From an uncultured Phycisphaerales bacterium (lineage in GTDB: Bacteria; Planctomycetota; Phycisphaerae; Sedimentisphaerales; Anaerobacaceae), in the NCBI GenBank assembly GCA_963718665.1, contig OY970359.1, forward strand, positions 1,984,001-2,048,000: a stretch of 64,000 bases of DNA. The letters are read 5' to 3'. How positions within the stretch are numbered: the first letter of the stretch is position 1; every line of letters starts with the position of its first letter. Of this stretch, positions 56,141 to 64,000 are shown one piece after another. The position numbers and the translations under genes are program-made. Under the pieces are notes generated by a model. The model had not been told where the DNA came from. It searched no databases and was given only the letters and a program-made list of their open reading frames with translations.

Positions 56141-58645
56141 CTAAGGAGCCGGGCAATTGGCGTCAATCGTCATAGCAGCATTTGTCCAGAACGGGTTAGC
56201 GTTAGCATCGGCAACTAATACCGAAGCGCCGGTGGTGCCGCAAAGAACAGAACCAACACCAATTGGACCAGTGGCATCGCCCCAATAGTTATGCTGGGCG
56301 TTCAAAGTTGTTGATCCGATGTTGTTATAGACGGTAGCGATGGCGCCGCCCGGGGTCCGCAGGATTGTGTTACCTCTAAACAGTAAACCAGGCCAATTGA
56401 CGTCAGTGGTTCTGCCGATAGCGTCAATCGCGAGTGCGGCATCCTGGCTTCCAGCCGAGAACGTATTGCCGCTGATGGTCATGCTCTGCAGACGGTAATT
56501 GTCATTACCGTCGGTGCCGAGAGCGGGAGCGATTTCAGATACAAGAATTCCACCGCGACTGAAGGTGTTGTTGGAGATAGTCACGTTAATCAAATTGGTC
56601 TCATTAGGTCCGACCACAACAGACATGCCGTGGTCCGCAGTGTTACCGGAGATAGTTACGCTGCAGGCATCGGACTGTGCGAATTTCACGAAGTTGACAT
56701 CCGCTGTTACCACCTTGGTGAACGTGTTGTTGGTGATAGATATGTTCCTGACTGTTGCTACTGTTGTTCCGTTTGCGAATCCAGGACCAAGATAAACACC
56801 ATTAGCGTCATTCTCAAAGGTGTTATTCGCAATTGTAACCCCATTGGCAGCGTCTATTCTCACACCCATTCTCGCAATACCGACGTTGTTGAGGTCGCAG
56901 TAAGAGACCACCGTGTTATTTTGATTTGCGCCGATTAGGGCGACGGTGCCGGTAGTGGTGCTGCCCTTAATGGCGAAGCCCTGTCCTGCCGAGCCACCGA
57001 TTGTGCAGCCAGGGGAAAGGATGCTTATACCATTAGCTTCAGGAGGTACAAGTTGAATAATCGTAGAAGCAGAGCCGCTCGCCGAGTTAAGCGTAATATT
57101 GGGCTCAGGGAGACAAGGGTCTTCGTTATACGTTCCTGCCGGGATGGTAACAGTTGTAGGTGCGTAAGGAGAACCACCACGGGTGGCAACGGCGATGTTT
57201 ATCTGTGTCTGGATGGTTAGCGGAGTTGTTGCTCCTAAAGCAGCGGACCAGGCGGTTGTATTGCTACAGGCATCTTCTGCCTGGACCTGGTAGCTATATG
57301 TGTTATTTTGAGTGCAATTTCCATCCGTGAAGTTTCCATCGGCGAGCCAACCCCTGCACACAACTAATCCACCTGTGCTGTACCGGAATCGATACATGAC
57401 ACCACAAGGATCGGTCGCGTGTGCCTGCATAGTAATTGAGGTGGGGCTTGTGGCATAAGGGGGTATCGAGAAAACCAGCCCTGCCGGTGGGGTTGTATCC
57501 ACTAGAGTAGTTGCGTTTGCCTCGACTGATGCAGCCGTTACATTCGGCACCAAAGCGTCATCCCGGGCCATTACATTGTAGTCATACCTCTTACTAGGAG
57601 TAAGGTTGCTGTCTACGTAGGTCGGTGTGAGTATCCAGCCGCTGTTGTGATTATTGGGATCCTGCATATTTGTAAAGTAGTACTGTACAGGAGGAGCGTT
57701 GGGCTCAGTTGCGGTTGTCGCGGTCATTGTAATTTGAGTGCTACTTATCGCCGCAGGTACACTTGCCCACGTCATTGGATTTGGAGTAGGCGAGGTGGTG
57801 GTCGCTGTTTTGTTGGTTCTTGCGGTTGCACTGGCTGATGGGTCGGTTAAATTCGGCACAGCCGCGCTATCCTCGGCCGTTACAGTGTATGTGTAATTAG
57901 TATCAGGAGTAAGGCCGCTGTCTGTCCAGGTCGCAGAGGTTATCCAGCCGCTGTTGTGACTGGTATTGGTACTATTTACAAAGGAGTATTGTACAGGAGG
58001 AGAGGCAGCATCGGTTGCGGTTGTTGCGGTCATTGTAATTTGAGTGTCGCTTAGTGCCGCAGGTACACTTGCCCACGTCATTGGGTTTGGTGTAGGTGGA
58101 GTGGTATCTGCGATAACGGTGTATTTTGTCAGAGACTCGGAGATGTCATTAACGGCATCGGGAACATCCTTGCCCGCTTCAGATTTCGTCCACTTAGGGT
58201 CCAATGTCGCAGTCATAGCGCCAAAGCCCAATTCGCCGACAAGTATGGAGCCGTTCAGGGTTTTCGCGACAGTTTTACCGGTGAGACCAACAGCTCCTCC
58301 ATCAGCAGTTTTTCCAGCCAGCACTGCTTCGTTATTGCCGCTCACATAATGAGCAACTAAGTAGCCGGTCTCGGAAGTAAAATCAAACGTTACGTTTACT
58401 GTTGTTTGCGTTTTATCCGCGGCCTTAACACCCTGATAGGTCAACTGTTGTGCATCGCAGACGTCTTGAGTATCAGTGACAACGAGCACTAAGTAGCCGT
58501 TCAGTGTTTGCGCCACAATTGCGCCGCTGCTAAAATCCGAGGTCTTTTGGGTAGTTTTGTAAACAAGAGTGTTGTTGCCATAACTGGGGACACACATCAT
58601 CGCCACAAAAACTGCCACAAAAACTAATACTAACAACTTTCTCAT
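56141..58645 (-). CDS. Large secreted/surface protein: three FN3-like repeats and a right-handed beta-helix region
   Basis: Signal peptide MRKLLVLVFVAVF with AAGGAG RBS; repeated PTPNPMTWASVP..ITMTATTAT..VQY.F..SGW..D..LTP; repeated I.NNTF/ISGNTF and NAQHNYWG. Confidence 0.8.
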   Translation of the reverse strand: MRKLLVLVFVAVFVAMMCVPSYGNNTLVYKTTQKTSDFSSGAIVAQTLNGYLVLVVTDTQDVCDAQQLTYQGVKAADKTQTTVNVTFDFTSETGYLVAHYVSGNNEAVLAGKTADGGAVGLTGKTVAKTLNGSILVGELGFGAMTATLDPKWTKSEAGKDVPDAVNDISESLTKYTVIADTTPPTPNPMTWASVPAALSDTQITMTATTATDAASPPVQYSFVNSTNTSHNSGWITSATWTDSGLTPDTNYTYTVTAEDSAAVPNLTDPSASATARTNKTATTTSPTPNPMTWASVPAAISSTQITMTATTATEPNAPPVQYYFTNMQDPNNHNSGWILTPTYVDSNLTPSKRYDYNVMARDDALVPNVTAASVEANATTLVDTTPPAGLVFSIPPYATSPTSITMQAHATDPCGVMYRFRYSTGGLVVCRGWLADGNFTDGNCTQNNTYSYQVQAEDACSNTTAWSAALGATTPLTIQTQINIAVATRGGSPYAPTTVTIPAGTYNEDPCLPEPNITLNSASGSASTIIQLVPPEANGISILSPGCTIGGSAGQGFAIKGSTTTGTVALIGANQNNTVVSYCDLNNVGIARMGVRIDAANGVTIANNTFENDANGVYLGPGFANGTTVATVRNISITNNTFTKVVTADVNFVKFAQSDACSVTISGNTADHGMSVVVGPNETNLINVTISNNTFSRGGILVSEIAPALGTDGNDNYRLQSMTISGNTFSAGSQDAALAIDAIGRTTDVNWPGLLFRGNTILRTPGGAIATVYNNIGSTTLNAQHNYWGDATGPIGVGSVLCGTTGASVLVADANANPFWTNAAMTIDANCPAP

Positions 58646-59135
58646 CTTAATTCTCCTTTCGAATAACTTTTCCATCTTGAATACGTTTTTAATTCCTAAA
58701 ATATCCTCTTCGAATTTCTAATGGCCGTCTAATGGCTTTTCCATCCGCAAATCTCCTTTCTTATAACACCTTTAATACCTTCCCATCCTTTATTTCCTTT
58801 TTGCGTATAATAACCTTTTTCCGCCGACCGAAAAAAGGAAATTATACGCAAACATTTATATCCACAATATAAGAGTTATTCTCCAATCTTAATCACAACC
58901 CTAACTTGTTGTGCAATTTCAAAGGAAACGCCCTTATCAGTATTATCACCTTGTCTATAAAACTTCTTCGCGGTATATAATGACCGAGCTTTACGGCACA
59001 ATCAACAAAATTTTATTATTTTTTTGCAAAATTTTCAAAAGCGCCTATACTTTGTCTCAGCGTTCTTAAAACAAAGCATAAAGCTCGTTGATTGAAACCT
59101 AATTTAAAACCGGTTAATTATCAAGGAATATTTTT

Positions 59136-60035
59136 ATGGTCGAAGCAAAAAAGCAGTATGGATTTTCCGTTTCAGCAGTTTGCATCCTTCTTGTTTCTCT
59201 TTCCATTATATGTATTATTATCGGCTGTTCGTCAAAAAAAGGTAAACCAAGTGCCGGGAAATCTCATCCTGCCAAGAATGACGCTAACACCTCTTCATCA
59301 GTAGATAAGTTGCCTCAATCACCCAAATCCCCCATTTTGCCATCGCCGGATACAAATCAGACCGCTGCGCCCCGTGAAGGCGGAATATCCACAGTTGTTC
59401 TGCGGAAAGAATATAACATAGCAAGCAGCAGTGAGAAAAAAATTGAGATTTTGCAGTTTCTGCCCGACGGCGAGATTGACCGTGACCCCTGCGCAATTGA
59501 AATAGTTCAGACGGCGGTGGCGGATGAGGATAACGATGTGGCTCTGGCAGGGATTGAGTTAGTACGGGGATGTAAAAGTCCGGAGGTTCTGCCTGTGGTA
59601 GCTAAGGCGATGTCGCATCCTGATGAGGAGGTCAGGCAAACGGCGGTAACCATTCTTTCAGATATTAACGACCCGCAGACAGGCGACTTGCTCGCTACGG
59701 CGGTGTCGGATGAATCGGAAAATATACGGAATGTTGCTCTTGACATAGCCAGATATAAAGACGAACAGGTTCGATTCAAGGTACTCGAAAAGGGGATTTC
59801 GTGCCCATACGGCGATACAAAGGAAGATTCAATTGCTATGCTGGAAAATATGGGGGGGCACCGTGCCGTGGATATTTTGATAGAAGCCCTGCAGGACAAA
59901 GACGCCGAATTCCGTGAAAAAGTCACTTCCGCCATTAGTATGCTAATCGATAAGGAATTTGGGTCATACGAAGAAGCCAAAACCTGGTGGGAGAATAACA
60001 AAGGTAAATATGATGAAGATTTATCCCTGAAGTAG
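59136..60035 (+). CDS. HEAT-repeat lipoprotein
   Basis: Lipobox-like IIIGC; Pro/Ser linker; repeated A..D.D..VR..A HEAT units. Confidence 0.75.
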   Translation: MVEAKKQYGFSVSAVCILLVSLSIICIIIGCSSKKGKPSAGKSHPAKNDANTSSSVDKLPQSPKSPILPSPDTNQTAAPREGGISTVVLRKEYNIASSSEKKIEILQFLPDGEIDRDPCAIEIVQTAVADEDNDVALAGIELVRGCKSPEVLPVVAKAMSHPDEEVRQTAVTILSDINDPQTGDLLATAVSDESENIRNVALDIARYKDEQVRFKVLEKGISCPYGDTKEDSIAMLENMGGHRAVDILIEALQDKDAEFREKVTSAISMLIDKEFGSYEEAKTWWENNKGKYDEDLSLK

Positions 60036-60140
60036 TGTTTTCCAGGCAATAAAAAACTTAGAGAATTTTTCAAGACGTATCCTTAATTATATGAGATTGG
60101 TATTGATGCCTTGTCTTATTGTCTAAAGGGCTCGATTTTT

Positions 60141-61148
60141 ATGAAGAAAGCTTTAGTTACGGGTATTACAGGCCAGGATGGCTCCTATCTTACCGAACTT
60201 CTCCTTAAAAAGGGCTACGAGGTCTGGGGTATCATCCGCAGAAGTTCATCATTCCACACGGGCAGAATCGACCATTTGTATAAAGACCCCCACGAAAAAC
60301 CACATCTTCGTCTTGTTTATGGCGACCTTACCGATGGTGGCAATCTCGCCACCATAGTCAATGAGCTTCAGCCCGATGAAATATACAACCTCGGTGCGCA
60401 AAGCCACGTCAAGGTAAGCTTTGAAACGCCGGTTTATACCGTCAATACGGATGCTCTCGGGACACTTCGCCTGCTCGAAGCCCTTCGTTCAATGAAAAAT
60501 CCTCCCAGGTTCTATCAGGCATCCAGCAGCGAAATGTATGGCAAGGTAGTCGAAACCCCGCAGAGCGAAAAAACTCCCTTTTACCCCAGAAGTCCCTACG
60601 GTTGTGCCAAGGTATATAGTTTCTGGCAGACGGTCAACTACCGCGAAGCTTATGGTCTTTTCGCCTGCAATGGCATCCTCTTCAACCACGAATCTCCTCG
60701 TCGGGGTGAAACTTTCGTCACTCGAAAAATTACCCGTGCCGCAACTCGCATAAAACTTGGTCTTCAGGAAAAGCTCTACCTCGGTAATCTTGACGCTAAG
60801 CGCGACTGGGGCTATGCGGGCGATTATGTCGAGGCGATGTGGCTTATCCTCCAGCAGAATAAACCCGATGATTTCGTCATTGCTACCGGTGAAACCCACT
60901 CTGTCCGTGAGTTCGTCGAAGAGGTCTTCGGCTGTCTCGATATGGACTGGCAGAAATACATCGAGGTTGACCCCGCGTATTTCAGGCCTGCCGAAGTGGA
61001 CATGCTCCAAGGCGATGCGACAAAAGCAGCCAAAGTCCTCAGCTGGAAACCGAAGGTATCTTTCAAAGAGCTTGCGAAAATGATGACCGAGGCCGATTTG
61101 AAAATCGCGCAGCAGGAAAAAATCATCGCGGAGCACGACAGAAAATAA
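60141..61148 (+). CDS. gmd: GDP-mannose 4,6-dehydratase
   Basis: [50 protein letters not shown]. Confidence 0.97.
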   Translation: MKKALVTGITGQDGSYLTELLLKKGYEVWGIIRRSSSFHTGRIDHLYKDPHEKPHLRLVYGDLTDGGNLATIVNELQPDEIYNLGAQSHVKVSFETPVYTVNTDALGTLRLLEALRSMKNPPRFYQASSSEMYGKVVETPQSEKTPFYPRSPYGCAKVYSFWQTVNYREAYGLFACNGILFNHESPRRGETFVTRKITRAATRIKLGLQEKLYLGNLDAKRDWGYAGDYVEAMWLILQQNKPDDFVIATGETHSVREFVEEVFGCLDMDWQKYIEVDPAYFRPAEVDMLQGDATKAAKVLSWKPKVSFKELAKMMTEADLKIAQQEKIIAEHDRK

Positions 61149-62098
61149 TGAGCGACTTTTTCAAAAACAAGCGAATTGTGATTACAGGCGGCGCCGGCTT
61201 TCTCGGCGGCTACATTATTGACGGTCTTCAGAAACGCGGCTGCGAAAATATCCTCATCCCCAAAATCGAGGACTATAATTTCGTCAATCTCCCCGATTGT
61301 TTCCGGATGTATGACGATATGAAACCAGATATTGTAATCCACCTCGCTGCCGTAGTAGGGGGTATTGGCGCCAATCGTCAGCACCCCGGCAAATTCTTCT
61401 ACGAAAACCTTATGATGGGCGTACAGCTCATCGACCAGGCGCGCCTTCGTAAAATCGAAAAATTCGTCGCTCTCGGCACCGTTTGCTCATATCCCAAATT
61501 TACCCCTGTCCCGTTCAAAGAAGACGATATCTGGAATGGCTACCCCGAGGAAACAAACGCACCTTACGGTCTCGCCAAGAAAATGCTCCTCGTCCAGTCC
61601 CAGTCCTATCGTGCAGAATATGGTTTCAACAGTATTTTCCTTGTCCCCGTCAATCTCTACGGCCCGCGGGATAATTTCGACCCCGCCAGTTCCCACGTCA
61701 TTCCGGCCCTTATAAAGAAATGCGTCGATGCAATCGACGCGGGTGATGACCATATCGTCTGCTGGGGAACGGGCTCCGCATCGCGTGAATTCATTTACGC
61801 CAGCGATGCCGCGGAAGGTATTCTGCTTGCCGCCGAACGCTACAACGGTCCCGAACCTGTCAATATCGGCGCCGGCTTCGAAATAACAATTAAAGATCTT
61901 GTCGAAAAAATTGTAAAACTCACCGGCTTCAAAGGCCAAATCCGCTGGGATTCATCTAAACCCGACGGCCAGCCACGACGCCGGCTCGACGTCTCGCGTG
62001 CCAAAAAACTCTTCGGCTTCGAGGCACAAATGGCCTTCGACGAAGGTTTGAAAAGAACCATCGACTGGTTCTGCGAAAACCGGCCCCGCACGCGTTAA
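61148..62098 (+). CDS. fcl: GDP-L-fucose synthase
   Basis: [54 protein letters not shown]. Confidence 0.95.
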   Translation: MSDFFKNKRIVITGGAGFLGGYIIDGLQKRGCENILIPKIEDYNFVNLPDCFRMYDDMKPDIVIHLAAVVGGIGANRQHPGKFFYENLMMGVQLIDQARLRKIEKFVALGTVCSYPKFTPVPFKEDDIWNGYPEETNAPYGLAKKMLLVQSQSYRAEYGFNSIFLVPVNLYGPRDNFDPASSHVIPALIKKCVDAIDAGDDHIVCWGTGSASREFIYASDAAEGILLAAERYNGPEPVNIGAGFEITIKDLVEKIVKLTGFKGQIRWDSSKPDGQPRRRLDVSRAKKLFGFEAQMAFDEGLKRTIDWFCENRPRTR

Positions 62099-62237
62099 CT
62101 ATTCCCTTAATAAACGCCAATTACACCAAAACGCCGCCCCCGGATTTTGCTTGGTTTTAGGCCCGTTTGACGATATAATATAGGGGCAGCAATAATGGGC
62201 TGCACCCATATTTTACCGTATTGATGAGGGTTCAACG

Positions 62238-62861
62238 ATGAGAAGTTTGGTAATCGGCATTTTGGTTCTGGCGATGTTTGGCGTTTGTTGGGCGGCGCCG
62301 ACCCCGGCTGTTGTCCAGAAACCGGGCGACTGGACGCTCGACATCCGCTTTGAAAACCCCCAGCAGATTACCCTTGAGGGCTCTGTCCCACAGCGTTACT
62401 GGTACACAATTCTTACCCTTACCAATAAGTCAGGTAAAGACGTCGATTTTTATCCCGCCGCCGAGCTTGTTACCGATACCCTTCAGGTTGTTCCCGCCAT
62501 AAAGGGAACATCCGCTGTTCTCTTTGATAAAATTAAAACTCGTCACCAGGGCAAATACCAGTTCCTTCAGCTTATGGAAAACGCTGGCAATAAAATCCTC
62601 CAGGGCCAGGACAACACCGTTGATATCGCAATCTGCTGGCCTGATTTTGACCCCAACGCCAAAAGCGTGAGCATATTCATTACGGGCCTCAGCAACGAAA
62701 CCGTGGCCGTTGACCATCCCTCCGACAAAGACAAAGATGGCAATCCCGTAAAAGTTTACCTCCGCAAAACCCTTGAGCTGAACTACTCGATCGCCGGTGA
62801 CCCCAAATTTCGTCCCGACCAGAAGCTCAAATTCGAAAACAAAACTTGGGTAATGCGTTGA
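62238..62861 (+). CDS. Secreted hypothetical protein
   Basis: Signal peptide, GAGG RBS, 207-aa beta-rich ORF with the local codon style. Confidence 0.7.
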   Translation: MRSLVIGILVLAMFGVCWAAPTPAVVQKPGDWTLDIRFENPQQITLEGSVPQRYWYTILTLTNKSGKDVDFYPAAELVTDTLQVVPAIKGTSAVLFDKIKTRHQGKYQFLQLMENAGNKILQGQDNTVDIAICWPDFDPNAKSVSIFITGLSNETVAVDHPSDKDKDGNPVKVYLRKTLELNYSIAGDPKFRPDQKLKFENKTWVMR

Positions 62862-62917
62862 TTTGGCTGATCGCCTGTTCGCTGATTTATCAAGGGTTAG
62901 CCGGGAGATTCGGCTTT

Positions 62918-63721
62918 TTATTCCTGCTGGGGATTCGCCGCCTTCTGCATCAGCTCGTGAACCCACTCCTCAAAAAATACCGGGTACAGGTTCATCTTTT
63001 CGCTTCCCAGTTGTGCCCCGTTTTTGGATAAAAGCCCGCGCAGAAGGTCTTTGTGCCGGGGGAATTGTTCGCTGATACGTTTCAGATATAAAGCAGCGAG
63101 AGTTTTAAGCCGCTGTTTTTTTACCGCCACACTTTGTTCTGCCGCTCTAAAGAACCGCCTCACCGAGTCCACCGTTACGCCTGCCTCGGGGAAATAAGAC
63201 ACCAGTCGTCGAGGCGGCTTGCTCGGCAGCATAAACTCTTCGTTCATAGACGATTCCGTCTCTTCCGGCTCATAATGAATGAACGGGTCAAAGAAAAATA
63301 CCGCCGGGTTATAATCCATCCTCAGACGGGCAAGATAAGGCACAAAAACATCCGGCGATTTCCCCGGCTGGAATAAATTCAAAGGCCCATCCCCGATAAG
63401 CACCGTAAAACAGAACCGATTCAAATCCTTGCGGTTGTACCCGACAATTTTGTTGTATGCCTGCTGAATCTTGTGCAGCGTTGCTCTCCGAACGTCCATT
63501 ATCAGCATCCTCGCGTAAACCGTCCGGTCAACTATTGCCTCTATTTCTTCGAGTCGATGCTTCCAATCTGCCTGTTTGGGCACAACTAATTCGTAGAATC
63601 TTGTCCTGCTATCGTTATGCAGCCGGTCGTAAATGTCCCAGCCCAGGACCCTGTCCAAAGTCAGGATATGAATCCTCGGCTCTCGCTGCTGATAGCTCAA
63701 TACGTCAAATTCTTCGCCCAT
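62918..63721 (-). CDS. Hypothetical cytoplasmic protein
   Basis: 267-aa ORF with GAGGA upstream; no family recognised. Confidence 0.65.
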   Translation of the reverse strand: MGEEFDVLSYQQREPRIHILTLDRVLGWDIYDRLHNDSRTRFYELVVPKQADWKHRLEEIEAIVDRTVYARMLIMDVRRATLHKIQQAYNKIVGYNRKDLNRFCFTVLIGDGPLNLFQPGKSPDVFVPYLARLRMDYNPAVFFFDPFIHYEPEETESSMNEEFMLPSKPPRRLVSYFPEAGVTVDSVRRFFRAAEQSVAVKKQRLKTLAALYLKRISEQFPRHKDLLRGLLSKNGAQLGSEKMNLYPVFFEEWVHELMQKAANPQQE

Positions 63722-63948
63722 TTTTCGGCTGTTTCCTCAAACGGATAAATCCCGCTGTCTGATGGTTCGCCCCCAGGTTACAACTTCTTTATTATACTCA
63801 ATTTATCGCTTAATTGCAAGCCGTTCACACCCGTTTCGCCGGCGGCGAAAAGGCCTTTAATTAGATTTGACGCCGGGAGCGTATTGAGGTATTTTGCTCG
63901 TAATATCGATGGGTTTTGATTGAGAAAAATGTTTTTAAGGAGATTGCT

Positions 63949-64000
63949 ATGAGAACGCGAATTTCACTAATTGCATTCACAGCTATTATCAGCATTGTTT
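63949..64000 (+). CDS. 5' end of a probable secreted protein (truncated by window edge)
   Basis: AAGGAG RBS, MRTRISLIAFTAIISIV; TTGACG-N17-TATTTT at 63867-63895. Confidence 0.6.
   Translation, partial: MRTRISLIAFTAIISIV

Overview
A 64-kb bacterial chromosomal window, most likely Planctomycetota (Phycisphaerae/Sedimentisphaerales-like; inferred from a Verrucomicrobia/Planctomycete-restricted gene and the character of the secreted proteins). 1-19 kb: housekeeping genes (xseAB, tRNA-Leu, NCS2 permease, dnaE-tmk-holB-ricT-metG, sppA), GH57, an orphan ABC binding protein, and a deoxyhypusine-synthase-like/decarboxylase polyamine pair. 19-33 kb: a type IV pilus/T2SS-like cluster with sigma28-like promoters and two signalling genes. 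33-56 kb: a co-oriented nitrogen-assimilation supercluster (carBA, gltBD, glnA, two amtB-PII units, a third PII, an APC permease fused to a PII domain, a TorF-like porin and a NifA-like sigma54 activator) with no nif genes. 56-64 kb: a large surface protein, a HEAT lipoprotein, gmd-fcl and hypothetical genes. The strongest candidate for an undescribed system is the nitrogen regulon. Three sigma54 promoters share the same three-part architecture, including paired ACA-N4-TGT sites 30 bp apart. A further site lies inside the activator's own sigma70 promoter, and a recurring ACGGCTG motif suggests an added RNA-level layer. Other signals: D/E-x-N and D-x-C enrichment in secreted proteins, dispersed 9-bp-period palindromes and 7-bp tandem arrays, and a GC-skew reversal. 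All assignments come from motif recognition by eye; no database searches were run.
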